IMG/VR virus record: IMGVR_UViG_3300034112_000721
Coordinates: 1 to 64,000 of that record
Length of the DNA stretch: 64,000 bases
Source: a virus
Direction: 5' to 3' (one strand)
In this document: piece by piece, positions 38,831-48,700 of the stretch
How the letters are laid out: every line of letters starts with the position of its first letter
Position numbering within the stretch: position 1 is the first letter of the stretch
Notes under the pieces: model-generated
Databases searched by the model: none
What the model was told of the DNA's origin: nothing
The model's input: only the letters and a program-made list of their open reading frames with translations
Made by a program: the position numbers and the translations under genes

Positions 38831-41359
38831 TTCATAGTAATAAAAAGGATAAACTGTGTCTCCATAAACCATCCCACCTACCTGATATACAGGTCCTCCA
38901 TATCTACTATATCTAGTTTTATATACTAATTCTTGCATATCATCTGGAAGACCACTTGCTTTTAATTGCATTGCATATTCTAAAGCATCTTCAGGTTTTT
39001 CAGGCTCTAATGGTTTACCCTGCTTAAAGATTTGCACTCCAGTTACAGGATCAATTGCATATTGCTCACTTTGAATATTGTATATATCAGCAGCATTTTT
39101 AATACCCTGATTCATCATTGCTGTTTTTAATGCATCTTTTGCATTTAATTCACCTCTATAGAAGTTTTCAGCAGCTCCAACTTTATCAATATACTGATTA
39201 AAAATATTTGCTCTATTTGCAGCTTCACTCATATCAGCTTGATAATTTAATTGTCTTTCCTGATTTTCTATACCAGTATTACCAGCCTGTGTTTGAAGTA
39301 TAGGATTTTGTATTGCACTAATAAGATCACCTTCTAATGAAGCAGCTATAGCTTGTTTTGCTGTAGATGGTGTTGCTGTTTTCCCTATTAAATCTAAATT
39401 TTTGGCAGCTGCCGCTTGTGCTGCTTGAACAGGGGCAAGCCACTCTTGTTTCTGCAAACTTATTTCAGGTGCTCTAGGAACCATTGCTGTAGGGTACTCA
39501 ATTCCAGTTCTTGTTCTCATTGCAGTGGCAAGATTTAACTTATCTTGAGTTGTCCATTCTGGCCAGTATGTTCCTCCCGGAGCCTGTACATCTGGAAACT
39601 GAACTTGTGGTTTTTGTTCCTGTTCACACTCACACTTACCATCTTTTAATGGAACTTCTTTTTCCACACCAGTTATAGGATCAGGACAAAAACATTTCTT
39701 TATTGTAGTTGGTGGAGCAAATTTAACTCTCTGTCCTAATGTAGTATTTGTATTAAATTGATCAATACCTGATACCTGTCCTTTTTTTCCTGCTATTTCT
39801 TCATCACCAACACCAACTTGGAACTGACCATATGGTTTATATTTTTCAGTTCCTAATAAATTTCTATATGCAATATATGCCGCTTGACCTTTAAAGCCAC
39901 TAGAAAAATCTAAATCACCAAGTCCATCAGGATTTTTTTGTATTAATTTATTTGCTGCAGCATTAGTACCAGTACTTCCTGATACATTTTGTTCTGTTTT
40001 AGAAGCATCTAAACCAAAAGCTTCTAGCCTTGCATTTCTTTCTTCTTGCGCTAGTAATTGATCTACAACAGATTTTTTATCAAGCTTTCTTAATTCCGGT
40101 GCATAACCGGTATATAGTTTTTCTCTTTGACTCTTAGTATAGTTTTCTTTATTTTCTATATCTTTTTGATATTGTGCATACAAGTCATTTTGAAAATCAA
40201 CATTTTCTTCTATTGCTCTTTTAGTATTTATAAAATCAATGTATGCTTGTTTCTTACCATTCCATTTTTTCTTAATTACCTCTAAGTCTTCTTTTGTTAA
40301 ATCTGCTTCAGTAATTTGTCCTCCTCCTTCAAATGTATTTAACTTACTTGTACTTCCACCATTTTGCATAATCAATGGCATATTAGTACCACCAATTATA
40401 ATGCCTTCTCTGGCCATAAATGGACCGCTTCCTAGCATTCTTTCTCTTCTTCCTAAATAGTTATTAGGATTACCTCCACCAAGAGAAATTCCATATTGTG
40501 CAAATGGCATTTCATAACCACCAACCGTCATACCATACATAGCCATAGGTGCTTCTTGCATTTGTTCTGGAGACATTTGTTGTGCACTCATCATCTGTTC
40601 TTCCATAGATGGTTGTGCAATTGGTTCTCCAGATGGCATTTGCTGTGGCATTGGTTGCTCTTCCATTTGTTCTTCTACCATTTCTTCTTGTGGCATACCT
40701 TCTTGCGGCATCATTTGTTCTTCTTCACTGATACCTTCTGGCATTAAATCTTCTTCTGTAATTCCATTAGCTTCCATGTATGGCTTAGCAATAACAGGTA
40801 TACCTTGAGGAAAACCTTTTTTAGATTCTTGTGCAAGTGCTAATGCACCAAGTTTCATGACATAATTTTTAATCATCATTTCTGCAGTTTTCTTTTCCAT
40901 TTTATTGGAGTCAGGATCTTGCAAAAGTTTTCTATATTTATTTATGTCATAAGTCTTAGATAATTCTGCTGGCGTATATCCACCTTTTTTAGGTGTTTTA
41001 CCAAACATCTTTAAGATTTCAGGATCAGTTATTTTCATTGACTGTGTGTCACTAAAAATAAATGTGTCATCTGGTAAGTTCATAGGTACTCCACCAGATG
41101 AATGTCTTGGACCTTTTATATTATAGAATGATGGAAATGTAGAACCATCTATATCTCCCACTAATGTTTCTCCACCCTCTGCTTCTATGTTAGCTTCTTC
41201 TCTAGGAACAGCTCCCATAGAATTTCTAACTCTTAAGCTTGGTTTACCAATGTATGCATTATAATCTGCACCACCAAAAGCAGGTACATCATTAGCTAAA
41301 GAACCTTGAATTTGATATCCAGTTCTTGCTCTAGGAAGTTTTTTTAGTTTTTTATCCAT
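38828..41359 (-). CDS. crAss-like cargo/internal virion protein (843 aa)
   Basis: N-terminal ANIEAEGGETL...GPRHSSGGV...FIFSD motif, recalled from crAss-like cargo proteins. M/Q/E/P low-complexity tract and multiple xxxGG motifs. Confidence 0.65.
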   Translation of the reverse strand: MDKKLKKLPRARTGYQIQGSLANDVPAFGGADYNAYIGKPSLRVRNSMGAVPREEANIEAEGGETLVGDIDGSTFPSFYNIKGPRHSSGGVPMNLPDDTFIFSDTQSMKITDPEILKMFGKTPKKGGYTPAELSKTYDINKYRKLLQDPDSNKMEKKTAEMMIKNYVMKLGALALAQESKKGFPQGIPVIAKPYMEANGITEEDLMPEGISEEEQMMPQEGMPQEEMVEEQMEEQPMPQQMPSGEPIAQPSMEEQMMSAQQMSPEQMQEAPMAMYGMTVGGYEMPFAQYGISLGGGNPNNYLGRRERMLGSGPFMAREGIIIGGTNMPLIMQNGGSTSKLNTFEGGGQITEADLTKEDLEVIKKKWNGKKQAYIDFINTKRAIEENVDFQNDLYAQYQKDIENKENYTKSQREKLYTGYAPELRKLDKKSVVDQLLAQEERNARLEAFGLDASKTEQNVSGSTGTNAAANKLIQKNPDGLGDLDFSSGFKGQAAYIAYRNLLGTEKYKPYGQFQVGVGDEEIAGKKGQVSGIDQFNTNTTLGQRVKFAPPTTIKKCFCPDPITGVEKEVPLKDGKCECEQEQKPQVQFPDVQAPGGTYWPEWTTQDKLNLATAMRTRTGIEYPTAMVPRAPEISLQKQEWLAPVQAAQAAAAKNLDLIGKTATPSTAKQAIAASLEGDLISAIQNPILQTQAGNTGIENQERQLNYQADMSEAANRANIFNQYIDKVGAAENFYRGELNAKDALKTAMMNQGIKNAADIYNIQSEQYAIDPVTGVQIFKQGKPLEPEKPEDALEYAMQLKASGLPDDMQELVYKTRYSRYGGPVYQVGGMVYGDTVYPFYYYE

Positions 41360-41360
41360 C

Positions 41361-44300
41361 TTATTTTTTATTTAAACCAGCTAGTTTTATTAAATTTTGA
41401 AAGTCACTAATATCTATTTTGTGACCACCAGTTGGTGCTTTGGTTTTTTTATTCTTAATAGATCCACCTTTTTTACCTATTACACCTTCAAATCCTTGTT
41501 GATAAACATCTCTACCTGTTCTAGGATCATATCCTCCAGGATTATAATCTTGATAGGCTTTTAATTTTTCACCTCTTGCTATTTCAGTCATTTGAGGAAT
41601 ATATTTATTTACTCTATCATTTCTATAATCTCTAATATCAGCAAGAGTAGCTCCGGCATCCATCAATCCCCTTGAAATATTATCATAGTTAATGGTACCA
41701 GTTCTATTTTCTTTTAATTTTAATTGAGCTTGTGTTGGTAGTTGTTCCATTGTACGCGGACCTTGACCTGCATACATTGGATCATAACATGGACTATTAG
41801 GATCTTTTACTTCATCTTCTGTACAAGGACCTATTTTACCTTGACCAATACCACCTGGTTGCACTATGCTATTTGTAGGATATGATACTGGAGAAAAATT
41901 TATTCCTAGATCAGCCCTTACAAGACCACCATTAGCACGGCTCTGAGCAAAAGGATTTTTCTTTTCTATTTGTCTTGCTTTTTCTGCATATGTAGACATT
42001 ATGTTTTCATAAATTCTTCTTTCCGCAGCATTTTTTGGCTGACCTGAACCTATATATCTTTTTATCTGTTTATTTCTATCATCGTAAAGACTACTTAAAG
42101 CCTTATCATAAAGTTTTCTTGCCTCATCTTCTGAATAATTTTTTGAATAATCAATTTTTGGATTAAATCTATTCTTTAAATTATATATATCACGAGACCA
42201 GTATGCAGATATAGGATCAAATCTTTCTGAAGCAGGATTATATCTTGGCCCAAAGTTATTTGTTGGTTGTTGATTTCTTCTTACTCCTGCTCTTGCTCCT
42301 GCTCTTACTCCTGTTCCTGTTTGATTTTTAATAATCTGTTTTTGAACTTCAGGTGTTTGTTGAGCAAACCAATCTCTTCCTTCCATTGTATTTAAAATAG
42401 AATTTGGATTATTAATTGCTATGTCACTTGAAGAACTACTAGTTAATGGATCTACACCAAATTTATATTCTGTAGGTTGTTCATAATCTGGATTAAATGG
42501 TATCATGCTTCCATCATATGGATTAGAAGAGAAGCTTGAATTATAAAAGTCTTCATCAGCTACAGGATTGCTACCTGGTTGTTGCATGAAAACATCTCCT
42601 TGATTAAATGATCCATAATTTGGAATACCAGAGCCTGAAGTAAATTGGTTATCCGTAAATCTCTGTAAATCAGAGTTTGGTTGTTGAAAGTAATTTTGTG
42701 CTGGCTGAATATTATTAACAACAGGGTTTCCTGCAGTAACTGATGCATTTTCAGTTTCAGGAATTTCTTGTTCTGATTGTGGTTCTTCAGTTTGTGGAAC
42801 TGATGCAGGTTGATTATTTACAGCTGGAGTATTTTGCTGTGGAGTAACCATTTCTTCCTCATCATAATATTCAGGAGAATCTATATTGATAGGCTCTCCT
42901 GCAGCATTAATTACAGTAAGATTTCCTTTTGTTGCTGTAGTAGGATTATTATAAATATCTGCAGTTCTTTGTGGTGTAATATTGTTTGCTGCAGCAGCTC
43001 TTTGTTGTGCTTGAATTGCGGATGTGCTTGTAGGTGCTCCTACTGTAGGCATAGAAGTTCCAGCACCTGGAGTTGTATTTAATACACTTGTAGGAGCTAT
43101 GTTTACAGGTGTTCCAGGTGTACCAGTAACTAGATCAGCACCTTGAGTACGGGTCATACTTGAAACAGGTGTATAAGGACTTTCTACTTTAAGACTTGAT
43201 GTTGGAGTAGTTGGTTGTTGTGTATATGGTCTATCATCTTCTAAAGGTTTTCCAAATCTAATTCTTTGGATAAGATCATTAGCTCCAAGTCTTAAACCTG
43301 AAAGACCCATCCCTTTATATTTATATCCTCTAGTATCTTGTTGACCAGTTGTTCCTGCAGCTGTACCAGATAGCGCAGGTAAACCTGCAGCTATTTGTCC
43401 TGGAGTAGCATAATCTATAGTTGTAATTCTATCTTTATTAAAACCTAAGTTTCTTTCAAACCAATTACCATCTTGTTTTCTTTCTTTACTATATTTTATA
43501 CCGGTAGGAAGCATTCCAGCTTTGGTAATTGCTGCAGCTGTTGCTGCATATTGCAATGGATCACCTACTGGTGAAAATGTAGAAGCCCCTCTAGTAAATG
43601 GTCTATATAGATTAGCAGCAGTTTGAAACATTCCTCTTCCACCAAAAGATCCTGCATATGGATTACCACCAAATTGAGGATACCCCCACACTGGTTGCCA
43701 AGGTCCAGCAGAACCAAAACCACCAGGATAGTATTGTTGTTGTTGTGTTTGAGTTTGTGTATTATATTTCTTTTGTGTAGCTTCTTCTATTTTCTTTCTT
43801 TCTTCTGCTATTGCTTTATCATACTCTTCTTTAGTAGTAATAGGTTTAAAAGTATTAGATTTATCTACTTCACTGTTACCAGTTCCTTGAAACTTGTATA
43901 AACCACCATCTCTAAAATATGAATCTGTTACATCTTTAGAGTTTGTATAATCTAAGTCAGATTGATTTACTGGTGGTTGCAATATATCTGATAAGAATAC
44001 ATTATCTACTTCTGTACCATATACAAATTTTGTTAGATCAGGTCTATTAGGATCTACAAAACCACCTTGTTGAAACCAAGGAGCTATTCCAGGATTTATA
44101 AATGTAGCTCCTATTTTTAAATAATCCCAAAAATCCAGTCCACCATCTGAACTACTAACTGGTTTAGGAGCTGGTTTAGGAGCGGGTTTTGGTGCCGGTG
44201 TAATACCTGACATATTAACTTTACCAGTACTTGAAGTAACTGGTGCAGGTGGTGTCTTTAATGGAATACCCAATCCTTTTTTTGTTTGGGCAGGCTTTAC

Positions 44301-45659
44301 AGAAGTTTTAGTAGTAGATGGAGCATTTGATTTGTTAGCTGCTTTTGCTGCAGCTTCTGATCCCGTAGCTTTTGCTACTTCTTCTGTAGACTTATTATTT
44401 ACCCCTTGTGCTACTGTTTCAGTAACAAGTCTTCCTGGTGTTACTACTCTAGTGTTTTGATTAACACCATACATTCCAGGAAAAGACATTGATGGAAACA
44501 TGGACATTAACATGAGTGGATTAAACTGTATGTCAGCATTTCTTAAACCACCAAGTAATCCAAAATTATATTTTGCAGAAGTTACTCCTGGAGGAGTAAA
44601 TGGCACACCAAACATTTTTCTATTTGCTCTTGCCATTCTACCACCACCAAATAAACCTGGTCTCCGATTCATATACATATTTCTATACATTTGTTCAGCT
44701 TGTTGTCTATAGAAATTTTCTTGCGCCTGGTTTCTAATAGCTCCAACAAAATTATTATTAGTAATTGTTGGTACAGGTTGTGTAGGATTTGTTTCAGTGC
44801 CTTTTACATTAGCTGTATTTGCATCTTTTGTTTCAGTTCCAGCAGCTGGTGTTTGTTGTCCATCTTGAGCTTTTTTAAGTTGTCTGACCATCTTATTTAC
44901 AAATGATCTTTTATTAGGTATGTTTCCACCAATTGCATATTGATTAGCCATATTGTAATCATCTAAATCTAGTACATCATTAAAATTATCAACTGCACCA
45001 CCTATTTGTTTATATGACCAATTACCTCTAACCTCATTAATATCCATATAATTATCTTGCTCTTCTGGTAATTCTTCTTCCTGATCATCTGCTTCTGCTA
45101 CTTCTTCATCATCTTTAATAGCATTAAATTCTAAATCATTTATTAAATTAGAACCACCAATATTAGAATTATCTTCTCCTGCTAATTCAGCATAATAACT
45201 TGCAGAATTATTATCTGTCTCTTTTTGCTCTGGAGCTTCAGTAATTGTTTCTTCTGTTATTTCAAGTCTTTCATTTTGTTGATCTCTTGCTTCCTTTCCA
45301 AACTGAGAAAATATTCCTTCCACTAATTGATTTACATTGGGAAGTATATTTGCAAGTTGCGGATAAGCTTCCTGATATGGCTCATACTTAGCATATATGG
45401 CTTCTTTTACATCATCACTTCCACCACCTCTAGAAATCATTTCTATAATATCTTTAACTATGATATCTTCAAAATTAACTTGTTGCTGTTGTTGTGGTTG
45501 TGGTTGCATACCTTGCATCTGTTGCATAATACCTGCAGTTACAGGAGTAACTCCAGACTCTGCACCCATCTCTGCTTGTCTTAACCACTTAGCGGTTTTA
45601 TTTATATAGCCTCCTTTACCATAAGGATCTTTATAAACTATTACTTTTCTTTTTGCCAT
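41361..45659 (-). CDS. Low-complexity, largely disordered internal virion protein (1432 aa)
   Basis: Q/P/T/G/N-rich, with PAPK repeats and many xxxGG motifs. Located in the cargo cluster. Confidence 0.6.
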   Translation of the reverse strand: MAKRKVIVYKDPYGKGGYINKTAKWLRQAEMGAESGVTPVTAGIMQQMQGMQPQPQQQQQVNFEDIIVKDIIEMISRGGGSDDVKEAIYAKYEPYQEAYPQLANILPNVNQLVEGIFSQFGKEARDQQNERLEITEETITEAPEQKETDNNSASYYAELAGEDNSNIGGSNLINDLEFNAIKDDEEVAEADDQEEELPEEQDNYMDINEVRGNWSYKQIGGAVDNFNDVLDLDDYNMANQYAIGGNIPNKRSFVNKMVRQLKKAQDGQQTPAAGTETKDANTANVKGTETNPTQPVPTITNNNFVGAIRNQAQENFYRQQAEQMYRNMYMNRRPGLFGGGRMARANRKMFGVPFTPPGVTSAKYNFGLLGGLRNADIQFNPLMLMSMFPSMSFPGMYGVNQNTRVVTPGRLVTETVAQGVNNKSTEEVAKATGSEAAAKAANKSNAPSTTKTSVKPAQTKKGLGIPLKTPPAPVTSSTGKVNMSGITPAPKPAPKPAPKPVSSSDGGLDFWDYLKIGATFINPGIAPWFQQGGFVDPNRPDLTKFVYGTEVDNVFLSDILQPPVNQSDLDYTNSKDVTDSYFRDGGLYKFQGTGNSEVDKSNTFKPITTKEEYDKAIAEERKKIEEATQKKYNTQTQTQQQQYYPGGFGSAGPWQPVWGYPQFGGNPYAGSFGGRGMFQTAANLYRPFTRGASTFSPVGDPLQYAATAAAITKAGMLPTGIKYSKERKQDGNWFERNLGFNKDRITTIDYATPGQIAAGLPALSGTAAGTTGQQDTRGYKYKGMGLSGLRLGANDLIQRIRFGKPLEDDRPYTQQPTTPTSSLKVESPYTPVSSMTRTQGADLVTGTPGTPVNIAPTSVLNTTPGAGTSMPTVGAPTSTSAIQAQQRAAAANNITPQRTADIYNNPTTATKGNLTVINAAGEPINIDSPEYYDEEEMVTPQQNTPAVNNQPASVPQTEEPQSEQEIPETENASVTAGNPVVNNIQPAQNYFQQPNSDLQRFTDNQFTSGSGIPNYGSFNQGDVFMQQPGSNPVADEDFYNSSFSSNPYDGSMIPFNPDYEQPTEYKFGVDPLTSSSSSDIAINNPNSILNTMEGRDWFAQQTPEVQKQIIKNQTGTGVRAGARAGVRRNQQPTNNFGPRYNPASERFDPISAYWSRDIYNLKNRFNPKIDYSKNYSEDEARKLYDKALSSLYDDRNKQIKRYIGSGQPKNAAERRIYENIMSTYAEKARQIEKKNPFAQSRANGGLVRADLGINFSPVSYPTNSIVQPGGIGQGKIGPCTEDEVKDPNSPCYDPMYAGQGPRTMEQLPTQAQLKLKENRTGTINYDNISRGLMDAGATLADIRDYRNDRVNKYIPQMTEIARGEKLKAYQDYNPGGYDPRTGRDVYQQGFEGVIGKKGGSIKNKKTKAPTGGHKIDISDFQNLIKLAGLNKK
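44161..44200 (-). repeat. 12-bp coding tandem repeat (PAPK x3)
   Basis: ggtttaggagct/ggtttaggagcg/ggttttggtgcc units. Confidence 0.7.
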
Positions 45660-45678
45660 TATACACTATATATTACTA

Positions 45679-45721
45679 AATATACTAAAAATAAATTTAA
45701 TTAGTAAACCTATTAAGTTTA
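45679..45721 (-). promoter_or_regulatory. Putative phage late promoter plus palindromic operator (copy 2)
   Basis: AATATACTAAAAATAAAT at 45679-45696 and TAAACCT-ATT-AAGTTTA at 45705-45721. Confidence 0.65.
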
Positions 45722-48700
45722 ATCTATTTCTTCTACTATCCAGCCACCTTTTCTATACTGATTTATTTCTTTATCAGAAAGATCCATTATCATACCCCCA
45801 TCTTGAAACATTCTTGTGTTACCACCAAATCTTTTTTGCTGCATTGCTGCAGCATAAATGTTATTTATATTTTGAAGACTTGGTTCAATTATCTTAGTAA
45901 AAGTTTTTAGTTGTTCAATTCTTGGATCTACTTGTTCTTCTTCTTTTCTTGGTTGCCAATCATCATTTTGCATGTCTTTGATGATTGTTGTTTTTACAAC
46001 TGTTTTTTCACCAGGTGTTCTTGTTGTACTTGATTCAAACCCAGGTATTGATTGATTTGAAGATCCTACAAGTGGTCTACCAGAAAACTTAGATATTCTG
46101 CGCTTAACATCTCCTACTGTATAGTAACCTTTTTTATCTGCATCAAAAGTTTTATTTTGATTATATAAGGCATCTTGATTTATTCCAAATACTTTAATAC
46201 CGCTTCCACTAGCACCTAATACAAAATCATCTGGTTTTCCAACTGCAGCTGGAAGAAATGTATACATATATAAATCACCAATGTCTTTTGCTTTACCCAC
46301 TACTGGTTTATAAAATTTTTCTACATAATCCAATTGTTCAATAGCAGACATATTTTTTAAAGCTTCAATACTTGTACCTAAACCTTTTGCAGTATTTGGC
46401 ATAAACTGAATTAAGCCTGTTGCATTTGTATAAGGATTAACAGCAGCTGGATTTAACCCAGATTCATGATTCATAATACCAATTAAATCTTCTAGTGATA
46501 CTCCAAGATTATTAGCTACTTGTTGTGCTTTTGCTTGGAAGGCAGGATCCAATCCACTCATCTGCATACCAGTTCTTGCCTTTGTTAAACTTGGTGTAGA
46601 AAAATCTTCTACTATATATCCTTGTTTTACAAGTTTATCAATTTCTTTTTCTGTAAGTTCAGATACTATACCATTATCATTTGTTTCAATTAAACCACCA
46701 GATTTATAGTTTGCTCCATCATTAGTACCATAAGCAGCAGCTCCTACTCCAAGTCCTGTTGGTATAATATATGGTAACATGGATTTATATATATTAGGAT
46801 TAGTCATATCCAAAAGTATATTTCCTACTGCTGATTTCATCCTGTTTGAAAAAGGAACTACCATTTCAAAAGCATTTTCATTTATATTAGGATAAAACTC
46901 ATCACCTATTACAATATCTTTATCTAAGTATTGTTTAACTCCTCTATTTTTCATTTTTTCAGAAATATTTCTATGAAAATTTCGAAGTTGAGGATCTGCC
47001 AAATGTGCTCTAGCTGACTTTGGTATAGATGGATCTATAAAACTACTAGCATATAATGGTGATTTTGCGTTTACATATAAATTATATTGATTAACACCAT
47101 AGTCTTTTGAATACTCTAACGGAGTTACGTAAGTTCCTACTCCTTTATCTCCCTTATCTGTTGTGGAACCAAAATGCTCTTCTTTAAATTCCACAAATTT
47201 ATTTGGAGAACCATGCTTTACTGGTAAAACATTACCTTTTGAGTCTCTTAAAATAATAGGAAAAGCTTTTTTAAAATTACTACTTTGTTGAATTACAAAT
47301 TGTTCAGGAGTTCCTTGAAAAGGTGTACCATCAGCATTTTTCATCCATGTACCAGCTTCTTTATTAGCCTTTTCTATATCATTTAATTCTTGAATAACAT
47401 TAGGATTATTATCAAAGTCTTCTTTATATTTAACCCAGTTTCTCCAATCTATTTCTGATTGAAATTTAGAATTAGGAGAACCTGGTAGTTGTTTAGGAAC
47501 ATCTATTTTTTTATATCCCTTTAACCAGTGTTGTTTATAAATAGTAGCTTCATTTGTTGGAATAAATTTTTCTGGATTTGTATAGACAATATCACCCAAA
47601 TCTTTGCCAGATCCAAAATAAGTATTTAACGGAGTAAATCTTGAATCTTTTGCCGCATTAGAAACTTCTGTCATATAAGGACCTGGATACCCTCTATCCC
47701 AAACATGACCAAAATACTTTCTAGTATCAGATGGAACACCCATTGTATAATAAGTTTCAGGATGTACTATTTTAATATCACTACCTTGAGAACTTGGTCT
47801 AAAATATCCACTTTCTAAAGCATCCTTTAAACCAGCTTCATCTCCAATCATTCTATAAGCGGCTTCAGGATTAGGTTTAAATGCCCAAGGGTTATATTTA
47901 TAAGTATTTTTTAAAGGTGTTTTGGTAGTAATAAACTCTCCTAAATTTGAAATAGCCTTCGGTGCTGCACCAAACATATTAATAACTCCAGGAGACCCTA
48001 AAATACCCAATGCATCTAAACCAACATTTCCTACTGCATCTAATATGTTAGAAGTAGTAGGATTATTATATGCTTTTTCTAAACTCTTTCTAGACTCAGA
48101 ATCAGAATCTGCAAGATTAGCTGCACTTTGTGAACCAAAAATTAAACTTGCAATATTAAATGGAGTTACTGTACCTGCAGTAGCTGTTGTTATTCCTTCT
48201 CCAAGTGGTAGAGCTGTATTTAATGCTGGCCAAATAACATTTTTAGCATATTTAGATCCAGATTTTAGAGCATTACCAACAAGACCTGCAGCACCACCAC
48301 TAGGTCCCATAAAGAACATTTCGGGATATACCATTTGTACAGGAGCATCTCCATAGTTATTCCAAGGACCATTACCAGTAACTTGTCTTCCATTATAATA
48401 ATAAGTTTTTGGTTTAACAGGATTATAAGTAGATTTGTATGCCCTTTCAATATCTGATTCTGCACCAAATATATTTTCATTTATCCAATCTCCAAAATCT
48501 TCTAAATAAGTTTGGTTTTTATTTTTATCTTCAATGTTCATAACCCATTGCTTATATTTAGCATCAGCATCAGGATCTTTTAATTCCATTTTATCTCCAT
48601 CTATGTAAATTATTTTGTTTTTTTCTTCATATGGATCTTTTTTTGATTTGAGATCAATTTCTTTTGCGTCTTGAACAAAATCACGTACAGCAAGATTTAC

